Origin: the human T2T-CHM13v2.0 reference genome, Homo sapiens
Strand: one strand, 5' to 3'
NCBI RefSeq assembly: GCF_009914755.1
Contig: NC_060936.1
DNA length: 64,000 nucleotides
Shown: positions 28,988 through 45,410 of the stretch, in pieces
How positions within the stretch are numbered: the first letter of the stretch is position 1
How the letters are laid out: every line of letters starts with the position of its first letter
Position numbers and translations under genes: made by a program
Notes under the pieces: model-generated
The model's database searches: none
Seen by the model: the letters and a program-made list of their open reading frames with translations, nothing else
What the model was told of the DNA's origin: nothing

Positions 28988-31900
28988 AAAGATATTGTTC
29001 AGATTGAGCCTGTTTGCACTGTGGGTGATTGGAGTTCAGTCCTGCTGGGGAACACTGGGAGAGGGTGCAGAACACAAGCTACAGAGTTAACCTACCTGAG
29101 GGGAGTTTGTCCTTCAGCACTCATCTCTTGTGGACTGGGTTGCTCCTGATGGCATGAATGCCCTGTCACTTCTGATCTGCCCTGCAAATGAGCCAAAAGA
29201 AACACCTCGGACAGGCAGTCACAGGTGCATGCCATCTGATAAGTACCTAGAAGATATGGTACAACACCATCCATCTCTGCTACAGTGGCTGAGAAACATT
29301 TATTGAGCACCTACTATATGCCAGGTACTTTCATATGTTAGCTCATTCTTTTGATCTCTTGAACTCCACCAAAGATCCTCAAATAACCATCTTTAACAGC
29401 TTTGCTCAGTCCTTACTCATCCTCATCTTTAGCTGCCATGTAGATGAGGTCAATATCCACAAGAAACTCACCTGAGTGGGGAAGAAACTCGCTTTCCAGT
29501 ACAATAGATAGCTATATAATAAAAGCACAATGTTACCCTGAATAGCTGCAGCTCATTACATGGAAAGAAACTGAAAATAAAATCAACACGGAGAAAAGCA
29601 GAATCATGCCCTGGGGAGAGACCAAGCTTTGATCACATCATTTGAGTGCCTGGATGCAGCTGTACCTGAAGCAAAAGACTCCCAGGCATTTTATATGCCA
29701 GAGACGATAAATATTCATTTGATTTTTAAAATTTTTAAAAGTTGAGTATTGTTCAGATATAAGCTGGTGAGTTCTGACTGATAGTCAAACAGAGAGATAC
29801 CGTGAGAGTTGTTCAAAAAAATGAAGCTTATGAATGAGGTCCTGAGTTTGAAATGATAGTTACTAGACCAAACCACAAGGCAACATTGATTTTAATATCA
29901 CACCACATGCCACCCTGGATTTTTTCCCCCTACAACAAAGGGTCATGTTGTCCAACATCATTATGTATGAGTTTTTGCTTTGTTTGAAGTTAGTACACTT
30001 GGTCTCGTTAAATGTCTGCCGGTTTCTTTGGTTCTGTTGAATGATGTCCTTATCTATGTGGCTTTTTCTAGATTTTCTGGGGTATAAATCACCCAGGCAC
30101 ATTATGGATCTTCTCAGTTTATTGCCAGGAAAATTTGTTGTTCTCTGAAATGTGTGCTTGAACCACTGGAGCAGAGCACTTACGACTGTGTTTTAAGATT
30201 ATCACAAGAAAAAAATTCTGCAAGCAGTGCTTGAACTAAATTAGGATCTTGCTTTTAGAGAGGCAGGTGTAGGGTGTTTCAAAGCAAAGTGAGCTCTCCT
30301 CTGCAAATTTCGTCTTTCTACTCCATCTGGAGCTTGAATTTCCATCCTTGGGGGTAAATCACATCTGCTTTGGATTTCATAGGATGTCTCTTAAGTATCT
30401 TCACAGAATTGTTCAAAGATTGCAATCGCTTCTAGTAGATCTGATTCATAAGTTCGTGGGTGCAGCAGCTGCTCTCTGAATCAATTTGTCAATGTGAGTG
30501 GCGTTTTGAATGGGGGCAGAGATGAGAGCAGACAGCCGGTAGACAGCCATAGGAGGTGGTTTTATAGAAGAGTGGTAAGCCATAAGGATACCATCCCACG
30601 ATCAAATCTCAGCTCTGACACTAGCTATGGCACTCTGGTCGATTTTCATATTGTTTTGAGCTTCAGTTTCCTCATCTGTAAAATGAGGTTAATAACAGTA
30701 CCTGCCTCATGGGTTGCACTGGATTAAATCTGAGAAGAAATGTATACCATTTAGTCTGGTGGGAGAGTTGCAGGTGCCATGTGCTATGGGCATATAGTAA
30801 ATGTTCATTAAATGGTAGCTATTTGTGTGCACCAGGATGCTTTTGATCCAAAAGAAAAATATCTTGATTCGACTGGCTTAAACAATAAAGAAAAATTTAT
30901 TATCATAGGTAACAGTGACTCCAGGATTAATTCAGTGCCTTGACAACTTCACCAAGACCAACGTTCTTCTTATAATTCTCCTTTGTCATCTTAATGTCAG
31001 TAAGTAGCCCTAAAGGTGATAAGATGGCTCTCTCAGTTCTAGATGTTATTTTCAGATGTAATATAATGTCCCTCCATGGAAGAGGCTCCATTTTCGTTTG
31101 TGTGCCTCTTTTTAAGAGCAAAAATACCTTTCTCTAAAAACCCTGGCAGACGTCCACTCACATCTCACAGGTTGTGGGTCTTCAGGGACCCTGGAAGGTG
31201 TGGCAGTTGGAGGCTCTCAGCCGGTCACACTCCTCCCAGCCACCTCTCATGGCCAGTACATCACCAAAGAGGCTTGGGGAGCCTCCCTTTTCTCAGCCTC
31301 AAAATGATTATGTGCACAGTGAGGTTGGACAGTTTCCTGTCTACTAGCTGTGTGACTTTGGAAAAGTGGTGTCCCCTCTCTGAGCCTCCATTTTTCCATC
31401 CCTAATGTTAATTCCACTTTTCAATACTCACTGTTGGCTGATTGTTTGCCAGATGACACTTGAGGGGCCTGGGACTCAACAGTGAACAAGACACACAGTC
31501 CCTGTCCTCATATTGCTGATGCCTGGTGAGAGTCCCCAACTCACAGAGTTGGTTTGATGACCGATGTGGAGATGACCTTGTAAATGGGCTGGTCCTAACT
31601 GCATGGTCTCTTTTGCTAACACTGGAGGGTATGCATCCCATAGTTTGGGACTGCATTAATCTTAAAAGCTATGGGGGTACTCTAAAGTGTGAATTTAGCC
31701 ACACATTAGCTTAGGTTTTTTCCAGAGCGCAGAACAGCTAAGAATCAAAGGAGCCTAGCTGTATTACACTTGCACAAACCAGTTTTTCTTTTCTGGATTG
31801 AAGACCCACATTTTATGTTTAATGGACAAAAGTGATGTTTCCCTTGGCCTGTTTTTTTTGAAGATATCCTTAACAAAATCTGTCTCATCTTTACCAATAC

Positions 31901-32084
31901 CATGACAATTACAACCCCACCTCAAGCCATTTGTTGGCTAAGAATTTGGGTTCTGGAGCCAGACTGTATATTTGAACCATTGCTCTGGCCATGTGACCCT
32001 GAGCGAGTCTCTCTATGCCTCAGTTTCATAATCTGTACAATGGAAGAATAAAGGTAACTACTTCCTAAGATGGTTATATTTTGG

Positions 32085-32530
32085 GGTATATTTAGTTATC
32101 TTTTATTGAATATCTACTGCGTGATAGGTGTGTTATTCTTGATGCTGGAGACAGTAGTGAATAAAACAGAGAGATGTTCTAATGGGGGCAATAGGCAATA
32201 AATGAGTAAATTTCATGCTGCAATCAACAGAATAAGCCATGAAGAAAAATCAACCAGGGTAATGGGGCTAGAGAGGGTGTGTGTGTGTGTATGTGTGTGT
32301 GTGTGTGTGTTGCTTTAGGTTGGATGGTCAGGAATGGCCTCTCTAGGGTGGTTACCTTTGAGCAAAGATGTGGAGAAAGTGAGCCATGTGGATATACATA
32401 GGGGGAAGAGCAGGGAACAGCTTTTCCAGGCAGAGGGAACTGCAGGTGCAAAGGCCCTGAGGCAGTGAACGGTTTGAGGAATAGCAAGGAGGGTGGTGGG
32501 TGCAGCTGCCACAGAGTAAGTGGGAAAAAG
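32085..32530 (-). mobile_element. L2 3' fragment containing (TG)n at about 32278-32309
   Basis: 'ccaggcagagggaactgcaggtgcaaaggccctgaggcag'. Confidence 0.8.
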
Positions 32531-33134
32531 CTTAAGCAAGTGAATGAAAGTCAAATGCTTTGAACAGTGCCTGACATATAGTAAATGCTTGATACATGTT
32601 AACTGTTATTGTTATTATTCTTGCTACTAGTCTTAGAATATAAGACTCATTTTGAGGAGACAATTCAGGCTATGTTTTCTCCTGACACTATAAAATATAT
32701 TAAAAAATCAATTTGGTTTTCTTCTATGTTGAAAGGAATATGTCTATAATCATTGCAGATCATTTGGAAAATACAGTTGAGGAGACAGATGGAGACAACC
32801 ACTGTTAATGTTTTAGTGTATTTCCCACTTGTATTTTTATATGCTTAGTTTTTAATTTATCACAACTGTGATCATTACATATACTATATACAATTCCATA
32901 TTTCTATTTTTTTACTTGACCTAATAACATAAATATGTCACATAAAGGTATCATACATAATTTGTTATGGCTGAATAATGTTCCACTGAGTGGAATGTAC
33001 TTATTTCCCAGTTAATGGACATTTAGGTTGCTTTTCATTTTTCTTAATATACACACTGTGCAAAATGTTTTTGTTTGCTTTCGACTTAGGGTTGTTTCTG
33101 CAGGTGACATTCTCAGAGATAAAATTACTGGTTA

Positions 33135-33517
<383 letters not shown>

Positions 33518-33520
33518 TTA

Positions 33521-33811
33521 TTTATTTATTTATTTTGAGACAGAGTCTCACTCTGTCACCCAGGCTGGAATGCAGTGGTGCAGTCTCGGCTCACTGCACC
33601 TCCATCTCCCGGGTTCAAACAATCCTCATGCCTCAGCCTTCCAAGTAACTGGGATTACAGGCATATGCCACTGCACCTGGCTAATTTTTGTGTTTTTAGT
33701 AGAGATGGGGTTTCATTATGCTGACCAGATTGGTCTCAAACTCCTGGCCTCAAGGCCCACCTCGGCCTTGCAAAGTGCTGAGATTACAGGCATGGGCCAG
33801 CACGCCAGGCC
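33521..33811 (-). mobile_element. AluS/Jb
   Basis: TSD cctttacacaaattta. Confidence 0.92.
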
Positions 33812-34386
33812 CCTTTACACAAATTTAAAACCAATAGTATTTATTTGTGTGGTTCTTTGATGTAGAATAGACCAGATCTCTTGGTAGACTTCAGATAGTG
33901 CTACATTCCATTTTATTACCTTTCGGAGTTGGAAAAGTTCGTGTCCATTCATCTTGGAGAGTAATGAGATTTTCTATTTTGTGCCCTGGCACATTTTTAT
34001 TTTGAATTATTTAAGAAAACGCTCTATGCAATGCTTTAGTGAGAATTTATGACTCTTGGTACTACTGGAACTAAGGTGATGGAGGCAGTAAGAATGAAAT
34101 TTTTTTCCATAGGTCATCAGTTGGGTCAAAGATGGAGCTACTAGCCAGGCCTGAGACCTGAGGTAAGTCCCACCGTCTCTTTGGGCCTCAGTTTCCCCAT
34201 CTGTATTAAAGATTGCAGGACTTGTGTATTCTTATCATTTGTTATATATCAGGCCCAGTCCTAAGCAATATCTGCATTCACAGATGTAAGTTCTTATAGT
34301 AATTGGGTGCTCATATTTTGAGGAATACTGCATTTGACTATAAGCTCCAGGAAGGCAGACACCTCATTTTGTTTTATTCACCATTT

Positions 34387-34740
34387 GTATTAGCCTGTTA
34401 CGGCTGCCATAACAAAATGCCACAGGCTGGGTGGCTTAAACAATGGCAATTTATTTCTCACAGTTCTGGAGGCTGAAAGTCCAAGATCAAGGTGTCAGCA
34501 GGGTTGGTTTCTCCTGAGGCTTCCCTCCCTGGCTTGCAGACGGCTGCCTTCTCACCATGCTCTCACACAGCTTTGCTACGTGTGCACACATCCCTAGCGT
34601 CTCTTCCTCTTCTTATAAGGGTTCCACCCTACTGGCCTCATTTTGACTTAACCATTTAAAGACCTTATCTCCAAACATAGTTGCATTCTGAGGTCCTAGG
34701 GTTGGGACTTCAACATGTGAATTTTGGGAGGTACAGTCAG
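34387..34740 (-). mobile_element. MLT1A/B-type MaLR solo LTR
   Basis: 'tgtattag...ggctgccataacaaaatgccacaggctgggtggcttaaacaa...ttctcacagttctggaggctg'. Confidence 0.88.
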
Positions 34741-35431
34741 TCAATGTAGATCCAGCTTTTAGCACCACCATTATCATCATATATTAGGCAGCAAATGCAG
34801 ATCCACATCCCCTCAGTTCCTGGTTGTAGAACAAATGAATGAATGAAGTCTGGGAAAGCTGACATTTCCAGTTCAGTCCCAGCAGCCAAGGCAATTGCAT
34901 TCTACATTACCTCATCTCTAATTTTATCCCCGTTCTGTAGGTGTGGACATTGAGGTGTAGATGTGTGAAATGATTCAATGAAGGTCACATAGCCACTTAT
35001 GGAGGAGGTGGGACTTGAGTCCAGGCCTCCCTGATGTCAGGGCCAGAATTTCTAACCTCTCTGCTGCACTGAGAAGACAGGCTTGATCATTGCCAAGCTC
35101 CCTTAATCCAATTTTAGAATTTTCTACAAATCTTCCTCTTTTCATTGAACTAAGGCTTCCTTATCAGATTGGGTAGGAAGAAGCCAAGAAGAAATTCTTG
35201 CACAATGAGGGATGATTCAGGGTCCAAAAGTTGAATTTTTCTCATCCCCTTTTATATATCCTTTTTTATTTTATTTATTTATTTTTTACAAAATGTAACT
35301 TATGCCAGCTCTGTGAAGCAGAAAGTTTTGACTTTTTTTCCCCAGTGCTGCATTCTAGTTTCTAGAATAGTGTCTGACACATGAAGACAATAAATATTTA
35401 TTGAATGAAGTAATAGATACTTGTTTACACA

Positions 35432-35727
35432 TTTTTTTTTTTTTTTGAAATAGGGTCTCGCTCTGTCACCCAGGCTGGAGTGCAGGAGCAGATCATAGTT
35501 CACCGCAACCTCCGCCTCCTGGGCTCCAGTGATCCTTCCATCTTAGCCTCCTGAGTAGCTGGGACCACAGGCGAGTGACATTACACCTGGCTAATTTTTT
35601 AATGTTTTTGTAGAGACAGGGGTCTCACTGTGTGGTCTAGGCTGGTCTGGAACTCCTGACCTCAAGTGATCCTCCCACCTTGGCTTCCCAAAGTGCTGGG
35701 ATTACAGACATGAGCCATAGCTCCTGG
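35432..35727 (-). mobile_element. AluJ
   Basis: Dimeric Alu, reverse. Confidence 0.9.
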
Positions 35728-35777
35728 CAACATTTAATTTTTAATACAACTGTGTTCATATTATTAATACCATTCAA

Positions 35778-36150
35778 GGCTGGTGTGGTGACTCATGTCT
35801 GTAATCCCAGCACTTTGGGAGGCTGAGACGGGTGGATCGCTTGAGCTCAGGAGTTCCAGACCAGCCTGGGCAACATGGCGAAACCCCGTTCCTAAAAAAA
35901 ACAAAACAAAAATTATCCAGGCATGGTGGTGCATGCTTGTAGTCCCAGCTACTTGGGAGGCTGATGCAGGAGGATGGCTTGAACCCTGGTGGAGGTGGAG
36001 GCTGTAGTGAGCAGAGATTGCACCATTGCACCACCCCAGCCTGGGCAACACAGTAAGACCTCGTTACCAAAAAAACCCCCAAAAAACAAACAAACAAACA
36101 AACAAACAAAATCCCAACAAAAACCAACTCCCGCCCCCAGCTAAACCAAA
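35778..36150 (+). mobile_element. AluJb/Sz with a (CAAA)n tail
   Basis: Dimeric Alu; accattcaa flanks both ends. Confidence 0.9.
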
Positions 36151-36269
36151 ACCATTCAACATTTTAAAAACTTCATTATATTATCTTGGTACGTTTGCTT
36201 GTGAGTTCTATAGATCTGTCTCACTCTTGCTACAGGAGACTTCAAATGCCGTGGAATACATGAACTTTC

Positions 36270-36868
36270 ATTTTCTAATTGTGCTAAATATAAAGAACAC
36301 AAAACTTACCATTCTCACCATTTTAAAATATACAATTGAGTAGCATTAAGGACATTCACAACATTGTTCAACCATTACTACTGTCCATTTCCAGAACCTT
36401 TTCATCATTCCAAACAGAAACTCTGTACCTGTTAAACAATAATTCCCATCTCCATTCTCTTCTCCCTAGCCCCTGGACACCATGTTTCTATTTTCTGCTT
36501 CTGTGAAATTGCCTCTTCTACATACCTCATGTAAGTGGCATCATACAATATTTGTCCTTTTGTGTGAGGCTTGTTTTACATAGCATAATGTTTTACGGGT
36601 TCCATGTTTTGTAGCATGTATCAGTATTTCATTCCTTTTTAAAGGCTGAATAATATTTCATTGTATGGCTAGGCCACATTTTGTTTTCCACCCATTCATC
36701 TGGTGGAAGAATTGGGGTTGTTTCCACATTTTGGCTATTGTGAATAGTACTGCTATGAACATTTATGTACAAATGTCCATTTGAGTCTCTGCTTTCAAGT
36801 CTTTTGAGTACATACCTAGGAGTGGAATTACTAGATCATGTGGGAATTGTTTTTGAGAAACTGCCAAG
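36270..36868 (-). mobile_element. L1MB-like 3' fragment
   Basis: 'gttcaaccattactactgtccatttccagaaccttttcatcattccaaacagaaactctgtacc'. Confidence 0.88.
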
Positions 36869-36880
36869 TGGAGACCTTCA

Positions 36881-37190
<310 letters not shown>

Positions 37191-37811
37191 CAAACCTGTT
37201 GCTCCCTCCATTTGTGCTAATAACCATGGGGCCAGAGTGGATGAGGACTGGACTGGTGGCTGTTGAGTGACCCAGGAGAGAACAGAGGCTCTGATCTTGG
37301 AGAGTCTCACCACCTGGTGTGGTTCCTGCACAGTTTATTCTCCTCCTCCTTTCTTTCCTCTGCCCCATGCAAAAACTCATTCATTCATTTAATTACTCAT
37401 TCATTCATTAATTCATTTTCAACAATATTCCCTGATTGCTTTTGTCATGTTTCAGGCACAGTTTAGGTGCTGGAAAGTTTTGGTGAAAATAAGCAGCCAA
37501 GACCTCTGCCCTCAAAGAGCAAAACAGTCATGCATGGCTTAATGATGGAGATGTGCTCTGAGAAATGCACCTTTAGGTGATTTCGTTGTCATTTGACTGT
37601 CATAGAGTATACTTACATCAACCTAGATGGTATAGCCTATTGTACCACTAGGCTGTATGGTGTAGCCTATTGCTTCTCGGCTGCAAATCCGTACAGCATG
37701 TTACTGTACTGAATACTGTAGGCAGCTATAACACAGTTGTAAGTATTTGTGTATCTAAACATATCTAAATAGAAAAGGTACAATAAAAATACAGTATAAA
37801 AGATAAATACA

Positions 37812-38098
<287 letters not shown>

Positions 38099-38879
38099 TT
38101 AATTGTACACCTGTATAGAGAGCTTACCAGGAATGGAGCTTGCAGGACTGGAGGGTGCTGTGGGTGAGGGGTGAGTCAGTGAGTGAGTGGTGAGTGAATG
38201 CGAAGGCCTAGGACATTACTGTGCACTGCTGTGGACTTTATAAACACTGTCCACTTAGGCTACACTTAATTTATTTAAAAATTTCTTTCTTCAATAATAA
38301 ATTAGCTTATTATAACCTTTTTACTTTATATACTTAAAAAAACCCTTTTATTTTAGGTTCGGAGGTACATGTGAAAGTTTGTTATATAGGCAAACTCGTG
38401 TCATGGGGGTTTGTTGTATTAGGTATTAAGCCTAGTGCCCAATAGTTATCTTTAATCTTTTAAAATTTTGACTCTTGTGAAAACACAAAGACATTGTTAA
38501 ATCACAAACACATTGTACAGCTGTACAAAATATTTTCTTTCCTTATATCCTTATTCTATAAGCTTTTTTAATTTTAAGAACTTTTTATTTTATTTTTACT
38601 TTTTAAACTTTTTTTTGTTAAAAACGAAAACACAAGCACACACATTAGCCTAGGCCTACACACACAGACATTGTTAAAGACACATACACTGTATTAGCTG
38701 TATTAGTCAAGATCGTTACCTTCCACTTCACAACTTTTCCACTGGAAGATCTTCAGGGGCAAGAACTTGCACGGAGCTGTCCTCTCCTATGATAACAATC
38801 CCTTCTTCTGGAATCCCTCCTGAAGGACCTGGCTGAGGCTCTTGAGGAGATGTCACTCTTTTCAGAAACACGTCCTGGG

Positions 38880-40792
<1,913 letters not shown>

Positions 40793-40905
40793 GATGGACA
40801 GAACAAGAGCACAAGAGAAAATGATGCAGCCACAAGTCTTGGTAAACACAGATGTATGAGGCTGCTTCTGGGCTAACATGGCATCCTGCTTTACAGCAAA
40901 CTTTT

Positions 40906-42060
40906 CTTTCATTATTATAGATTCAGGGGGCACATGTGCAAAGTTGTTTGCCATCTCAACCACAGCTGTGTTGATTTTTGCAACCTCCTCAACCTTGGCA
41001 AATCCTTTGACGTCATAGATAAATCTCTCGAGTGTCTTCTTGCAGATGCCATTTATATACTCCTTGGTGACATCACCCCAAGCCTAAGCAAGGTTCTTAG
41101 TGTACTTATAGATGTTGTAATTCTTCCAGAACTTATCAGTATCTTCTCAGTGTCTTCCTCAGTTGCACTGATGGGTATATTGTGTAATGGTGAGGTTTGG
41201 GCCTCCATTGTATCTGTAACCCAAATAGTGAACATTGTACCCAACAGGTAATTTTTCAATACTCAATCCCTTCCCACTCTTCCCCCTTTTGGAGTCCCCA
41301 GTGTCTATTATTCCCCTCTATATGTCCATTTGTACTCATCGTTTAGCTCCCACTTATTGGTGAGAATATGCGATATTTGATTTTCTGTTTCTGAGTTATT
41401 TCCCATAGGATAATGGCTTCCAGTTCCACCCATGTTGCTGCGAAAGACATGATTTCATACTTTTTAATGGCCATATAGTATTCCACGGTGTGTGTGTGTA
41501 TATATATATACATATATATATATATCTCCACATTTTCTTTATCCAATTATCCATTGATGGACACTTAGGTTGATTCCATGACTTTGCTATTGTGAATAGT
41601 GATGTGATAAACATATGAGTGAATGTGTCTTTTTTATATAATAATTTATTTTTTGGGGGTAGATATCCAGTAGTGGAATTTCTGGGTTGAATGGGAGCTT
41701 ATTTTTGGTTCTTTGATAAATCTCCATACTGTTTTCCATAAAGGTTGTTCTAATTTACATTCCTACCAGTAGTGTTCCCTTTCCTCCACATCCTTGCCAA
41801 CACATACTGTTTTTTGACTTTATAATAATAGCCATTCTGACTGGTGTAAGATGGGATCTCATTGTAGTTTTAATTTGCATTTCTCTGATGATTAGTGATG
41901 TTGAGCATTTTTTCATATGTTTGTTGGCCACTTGTATGTCTTCTTTTGAGAAATGTCTGTTTATATTCTTTGCCTACTTTTTAATGGCGTTATTTTTTTT
42001 TTCTTGTTGAGTTGTTTGAGTTTCTTGTAGATTCTGGATATTAGTCCTTTGTCAGATGCA
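40906..42060 (-). mobile_element. 5'-truncated L1 (L1PB/early L1MA-like) nested in Tigger3
   Basis: ORF2 C-terminal relic (FITSLFTIAKSWNQPKCPSMDNWIKKMW) plus 3'UTR; TSD caaactttt at 40897-40905 and 42061-42069. Confidence 0.9.
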
Positions 42061-42863
42061 CAAACTTTTTATAAGCAGAAGGAATACACTCTAAAATAAT
42101 GATAAAGCATAGTAAATATATAAATCAGTGACATAGACATTTATTATTATTATCAAGTATTATGTACTGTACAGAATTGCATGTGCTATACTTTCATACA
42201 ACTGATGGCATAATAAATTTGATTAGACCAACATCACCGCAAGCAAATGAGTAATGCGTTATGCTATGATCTTATGATGGTTATGATGTCATTAGGTGAT
42301 AGGAATTTTCCAGCTCCATTATAACCTTATGGGATCACTATTGTAGGTTTTTGTGGTCCATCATTGACCTAAACATTATGTGGTATGTGATTGTATTATG
42401 ATAATTATGAACAGTCCAAAAAACAAAATGAATAAATAAATAATACAGAGGCTTTAGAAAGTGAAGATTGCCATGAAAAAATGAAATAGGGGAAGTGGGT
42501 AGGGAGTGCTGAGATGATGGGTGTTGTGATTTTAAATAGGAGGTCAGAGGAAGCCTCACTGGGAAAGTGACATTTGAGCAAGGACCTGAAGAAGGGAGGG
42601 AGTTGACTGTGTGGATAAGGGGAAGAGCATTCCAGGCAGAGGGAACAGCCAGTGCAAAGGTGGGTGCCTCCCTGCTGTGCTCATGGAACAGTGTAACTGA
42701 GGCAGTGTGAGCAAGAGGGAATGTGGGAGGAGATGAGGTTGGTGAGATCATGGGGCAGATTGCACAGAGCCTTGTAGACCACTGTCAAGTCTGTGAAGTA
42801 GGGCATCTCTGGAAGACTTTGATGGAGGAATAGTGGGATCTGATTTTAAAATCTTATTTTATA

Positions 42864-43179
42864 TATGTATTTTTTATTTTATTTATTTATTTATTTTGAG
42901 ATGGAATCTTGCTCTGTCGTCCTGGCTGAAGTGTAGTGGTGCCACCTGGGACCACTGCAACCTCCACCTCCCCAGTTCAAATGATACTTGTGCCTCAGCC
43001 TCCCAAGTAGTTGGGGCTACAGGTGTGTGCCACCATGCCTGGCTAATTTTTGTATTTTTAGTAGAGACGGGGTTTTGTCATGTTGGCCAGGCTGGTCTTG
43101 AACTCCTGACCTCAAGTGATCTGCCCACCTCGGCCTCCCGAAGTGTTGGGATTGCAGGTGTGAGCTATAGTGCCTGGCC
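42864..43179 (-). mobile_element. AluS nested in an L2 (about 42420-43400)
   Basis: TSD atcttattttatat; L2 motifs on both sides. Confidence 0.92.
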
Positions 43180-43719
43180 ATCTTATTTTATTTTTAGCAG
43201 GACCATTCTGTCTGCTGTGTTGACAGTAGCCTGCAGGGCATTAAGGACAAAGGCAGGGAGACCCATTAGAAAACAGTTACAATGATCTGGGTGAGAGAAG
43301 ACGATGCCTCCTTCCAGGGTGTCAGCTGTGCAGGTGATAAGAGGTGTTTGGATGCTGGACATATTTTGCAGGCTGAGCCAACAGGATTGCTGATGGATCG
43401 TATGGCTTGTTTGTCTGTAAAATGCTCTAATGAAAACAAATGTTTTGCTGTATCTGTAGGAATGGCTGCTAAGTGTTTGATCTATTGGGGCAAGATCAAT
43501 TTGTTGATAGGTAATGGTTCCTGTTGGACTGGTGCCCAGATTGCCAGATTAATTGACCTTCCAGGCCAACGGCGCCTCATGGTCCATCTACTTGGGCTTG
43601 GAGGAAGGGGGAAAAGATGCTGATATTAACAGTTAACATTGAGAACTCACTTTATACCAGGCACTGTGCTTAACACTCATATCTCATGTAGTAGATAGAT
43701 TATCTTTGTTATGTACTTA

Positions 43720-45100
43720 GCCATTTTTTGAAACAATCACAAATTTACAGAAAAGTTGTGAGTACAGCACCAGAATTTTTTTCCCACTGAATCACTTGAG
43801 AGTAAATTGCTACCTCCTACTGCCCCATCACCTAGAAATACTTTAGTGTTTATGTCCCACAAACAAAGATATTCTCCTGCTTAGCCACATTACAACCATC
43901 CTAACCAAGAAATGAACGTGAATGCATCACGACCATCTAGCCCACAGGAAAGTCCTTTGGAGTGAAAGGATCTCACCTAGAATCAGGCATCACATTTACT
44001 TGTCATATATCCTTAATCTCCTTCAGTTTGGAATGCTTTCTCAGACTTTCTTTGACTTTCCTAACCTTGACACTTTTGAAGATTATGGGCCAGTTTTCTG
44101 TTGAATGTCCCTCAGATTTGATTTATCTGATGTTTTCTGATGATTAAATTCAGGTTGTGCATCTTTAGCAAGAGTATTACAGAAGGGATGCTGGTTTCTC
44201 CTTGCATCTTGTGGGGTGGCACATGATTTTGATCTGTCTCATTACTGATGGTATTCAATTTGATCACTTGATTAAGGTAGTATCTGCCAGGCTTCTACAA
44301 GTAAAGTTATCCTTTTCCTTTTTATAATTGGTATCTATTTTGTGGGAGATACTTTGAGGCTATGTAAAAATCCCATTCCTCATCTAACTTTATCTTTCTG
44401 TCAATCAATCTATCTATCCATCAGTTGATCACTGTATGGACTCATTGTTGTGGATTTCATTTAATGGGGTTCTAACTATCATTGTCCCTGGTTTGGCCAG
44501 TAGGAGCTCTTTCACGCTGACTCCTAGGTCTGTTTGATCTGTCTGCATCATTCTTCGGGTGCCCCTTTGCTTTCTGGTACAGGATACTCCAGTTTCATCT
44601 TGCACTTTTCTTGCTCCAGCCCTGCTATCAGTCATTTCTCCAAAAAGCCCTGTCTCTTTTTAGTGGTGAATGGTTTTTAGAAGCTAGGATCTGGGTATGA
44701 GGTGTGCTCATCAATATTGGGGTATTGCTTTTTCCAGGTCCTCTAAGAGACAGAAGTAGGGAAGATATGGATATGAATATATAAGCACACATACATATGT
44801 AAATATATACATATTATATGCATTGATAAACAAATATATGCATATTATGTATCTATGCATTGATAAATATATACATAAATAAATATACAGACATGCATAA
44901 TCAATCTATATATATCAATGTACATCAGTCTATATATTGAAAACCATAGAACTCTAATTCTAATTCAATGCCACAGAGTTTATTCTAGTTTTCTCCCTTT
45001 CTATATTTGTAACTCCCTTATCTAATATTGACTAAAGTGACACACATTATTCTTACTCTAGTTGCTTATTTGATTAATCTTCCTATATGTGAACAGTCTG
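43720..45100 (-). mobile_element. Old L1MC/MD-like 3' fragment
   Basis: 'aaatttacagaaaagttg', 'gaccttgacacttttgaagattatgggccagtt', 'tgatcacttgattaaggt'. Confidence 0.75.
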
Positions 45101-45240
45101 CTTTCTTGGCCACACCCCCTGCCCCATACCAATTCCCTTCTCATCCTACTCCTGACCTCTCCCCATCTCCTGTCTTGCTCTGTACCACCTGATGGCTGCC
45201 AAAAGGAAGCAAAAAGGAAAAGCTATAAAAACTATTTTTT

Positions 45241-45410
45241 GGTTGGGTGTGGTGGTTCACCTCTGTAATCCCAACACTTTGGGAGGCTGAGGCAGGAGTG
45301 TCACTTGAGGCCAGCAGTTTGAGGCTATACTGAGCTATGATTTCACAATTGCACTCCAGCCTGGGTGACAAAGTGAGACCCTGTCTCCAAAACAAACAAA
45401 CAAAAATCCC
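45241..45410 (+). mobile_element. Monomeric Alu (FRAM/FAM-like)
   Basis: Single arm; TSD aaaactattttt. Confidence 0.82.

Noticed and set aside
30408-30493. Possible exon (cttcacag ... aat/gtgagt)
   Set aside because: The two frames I translated contain stops, there are no partner exons, and splice-like motifs alone are insufficient.
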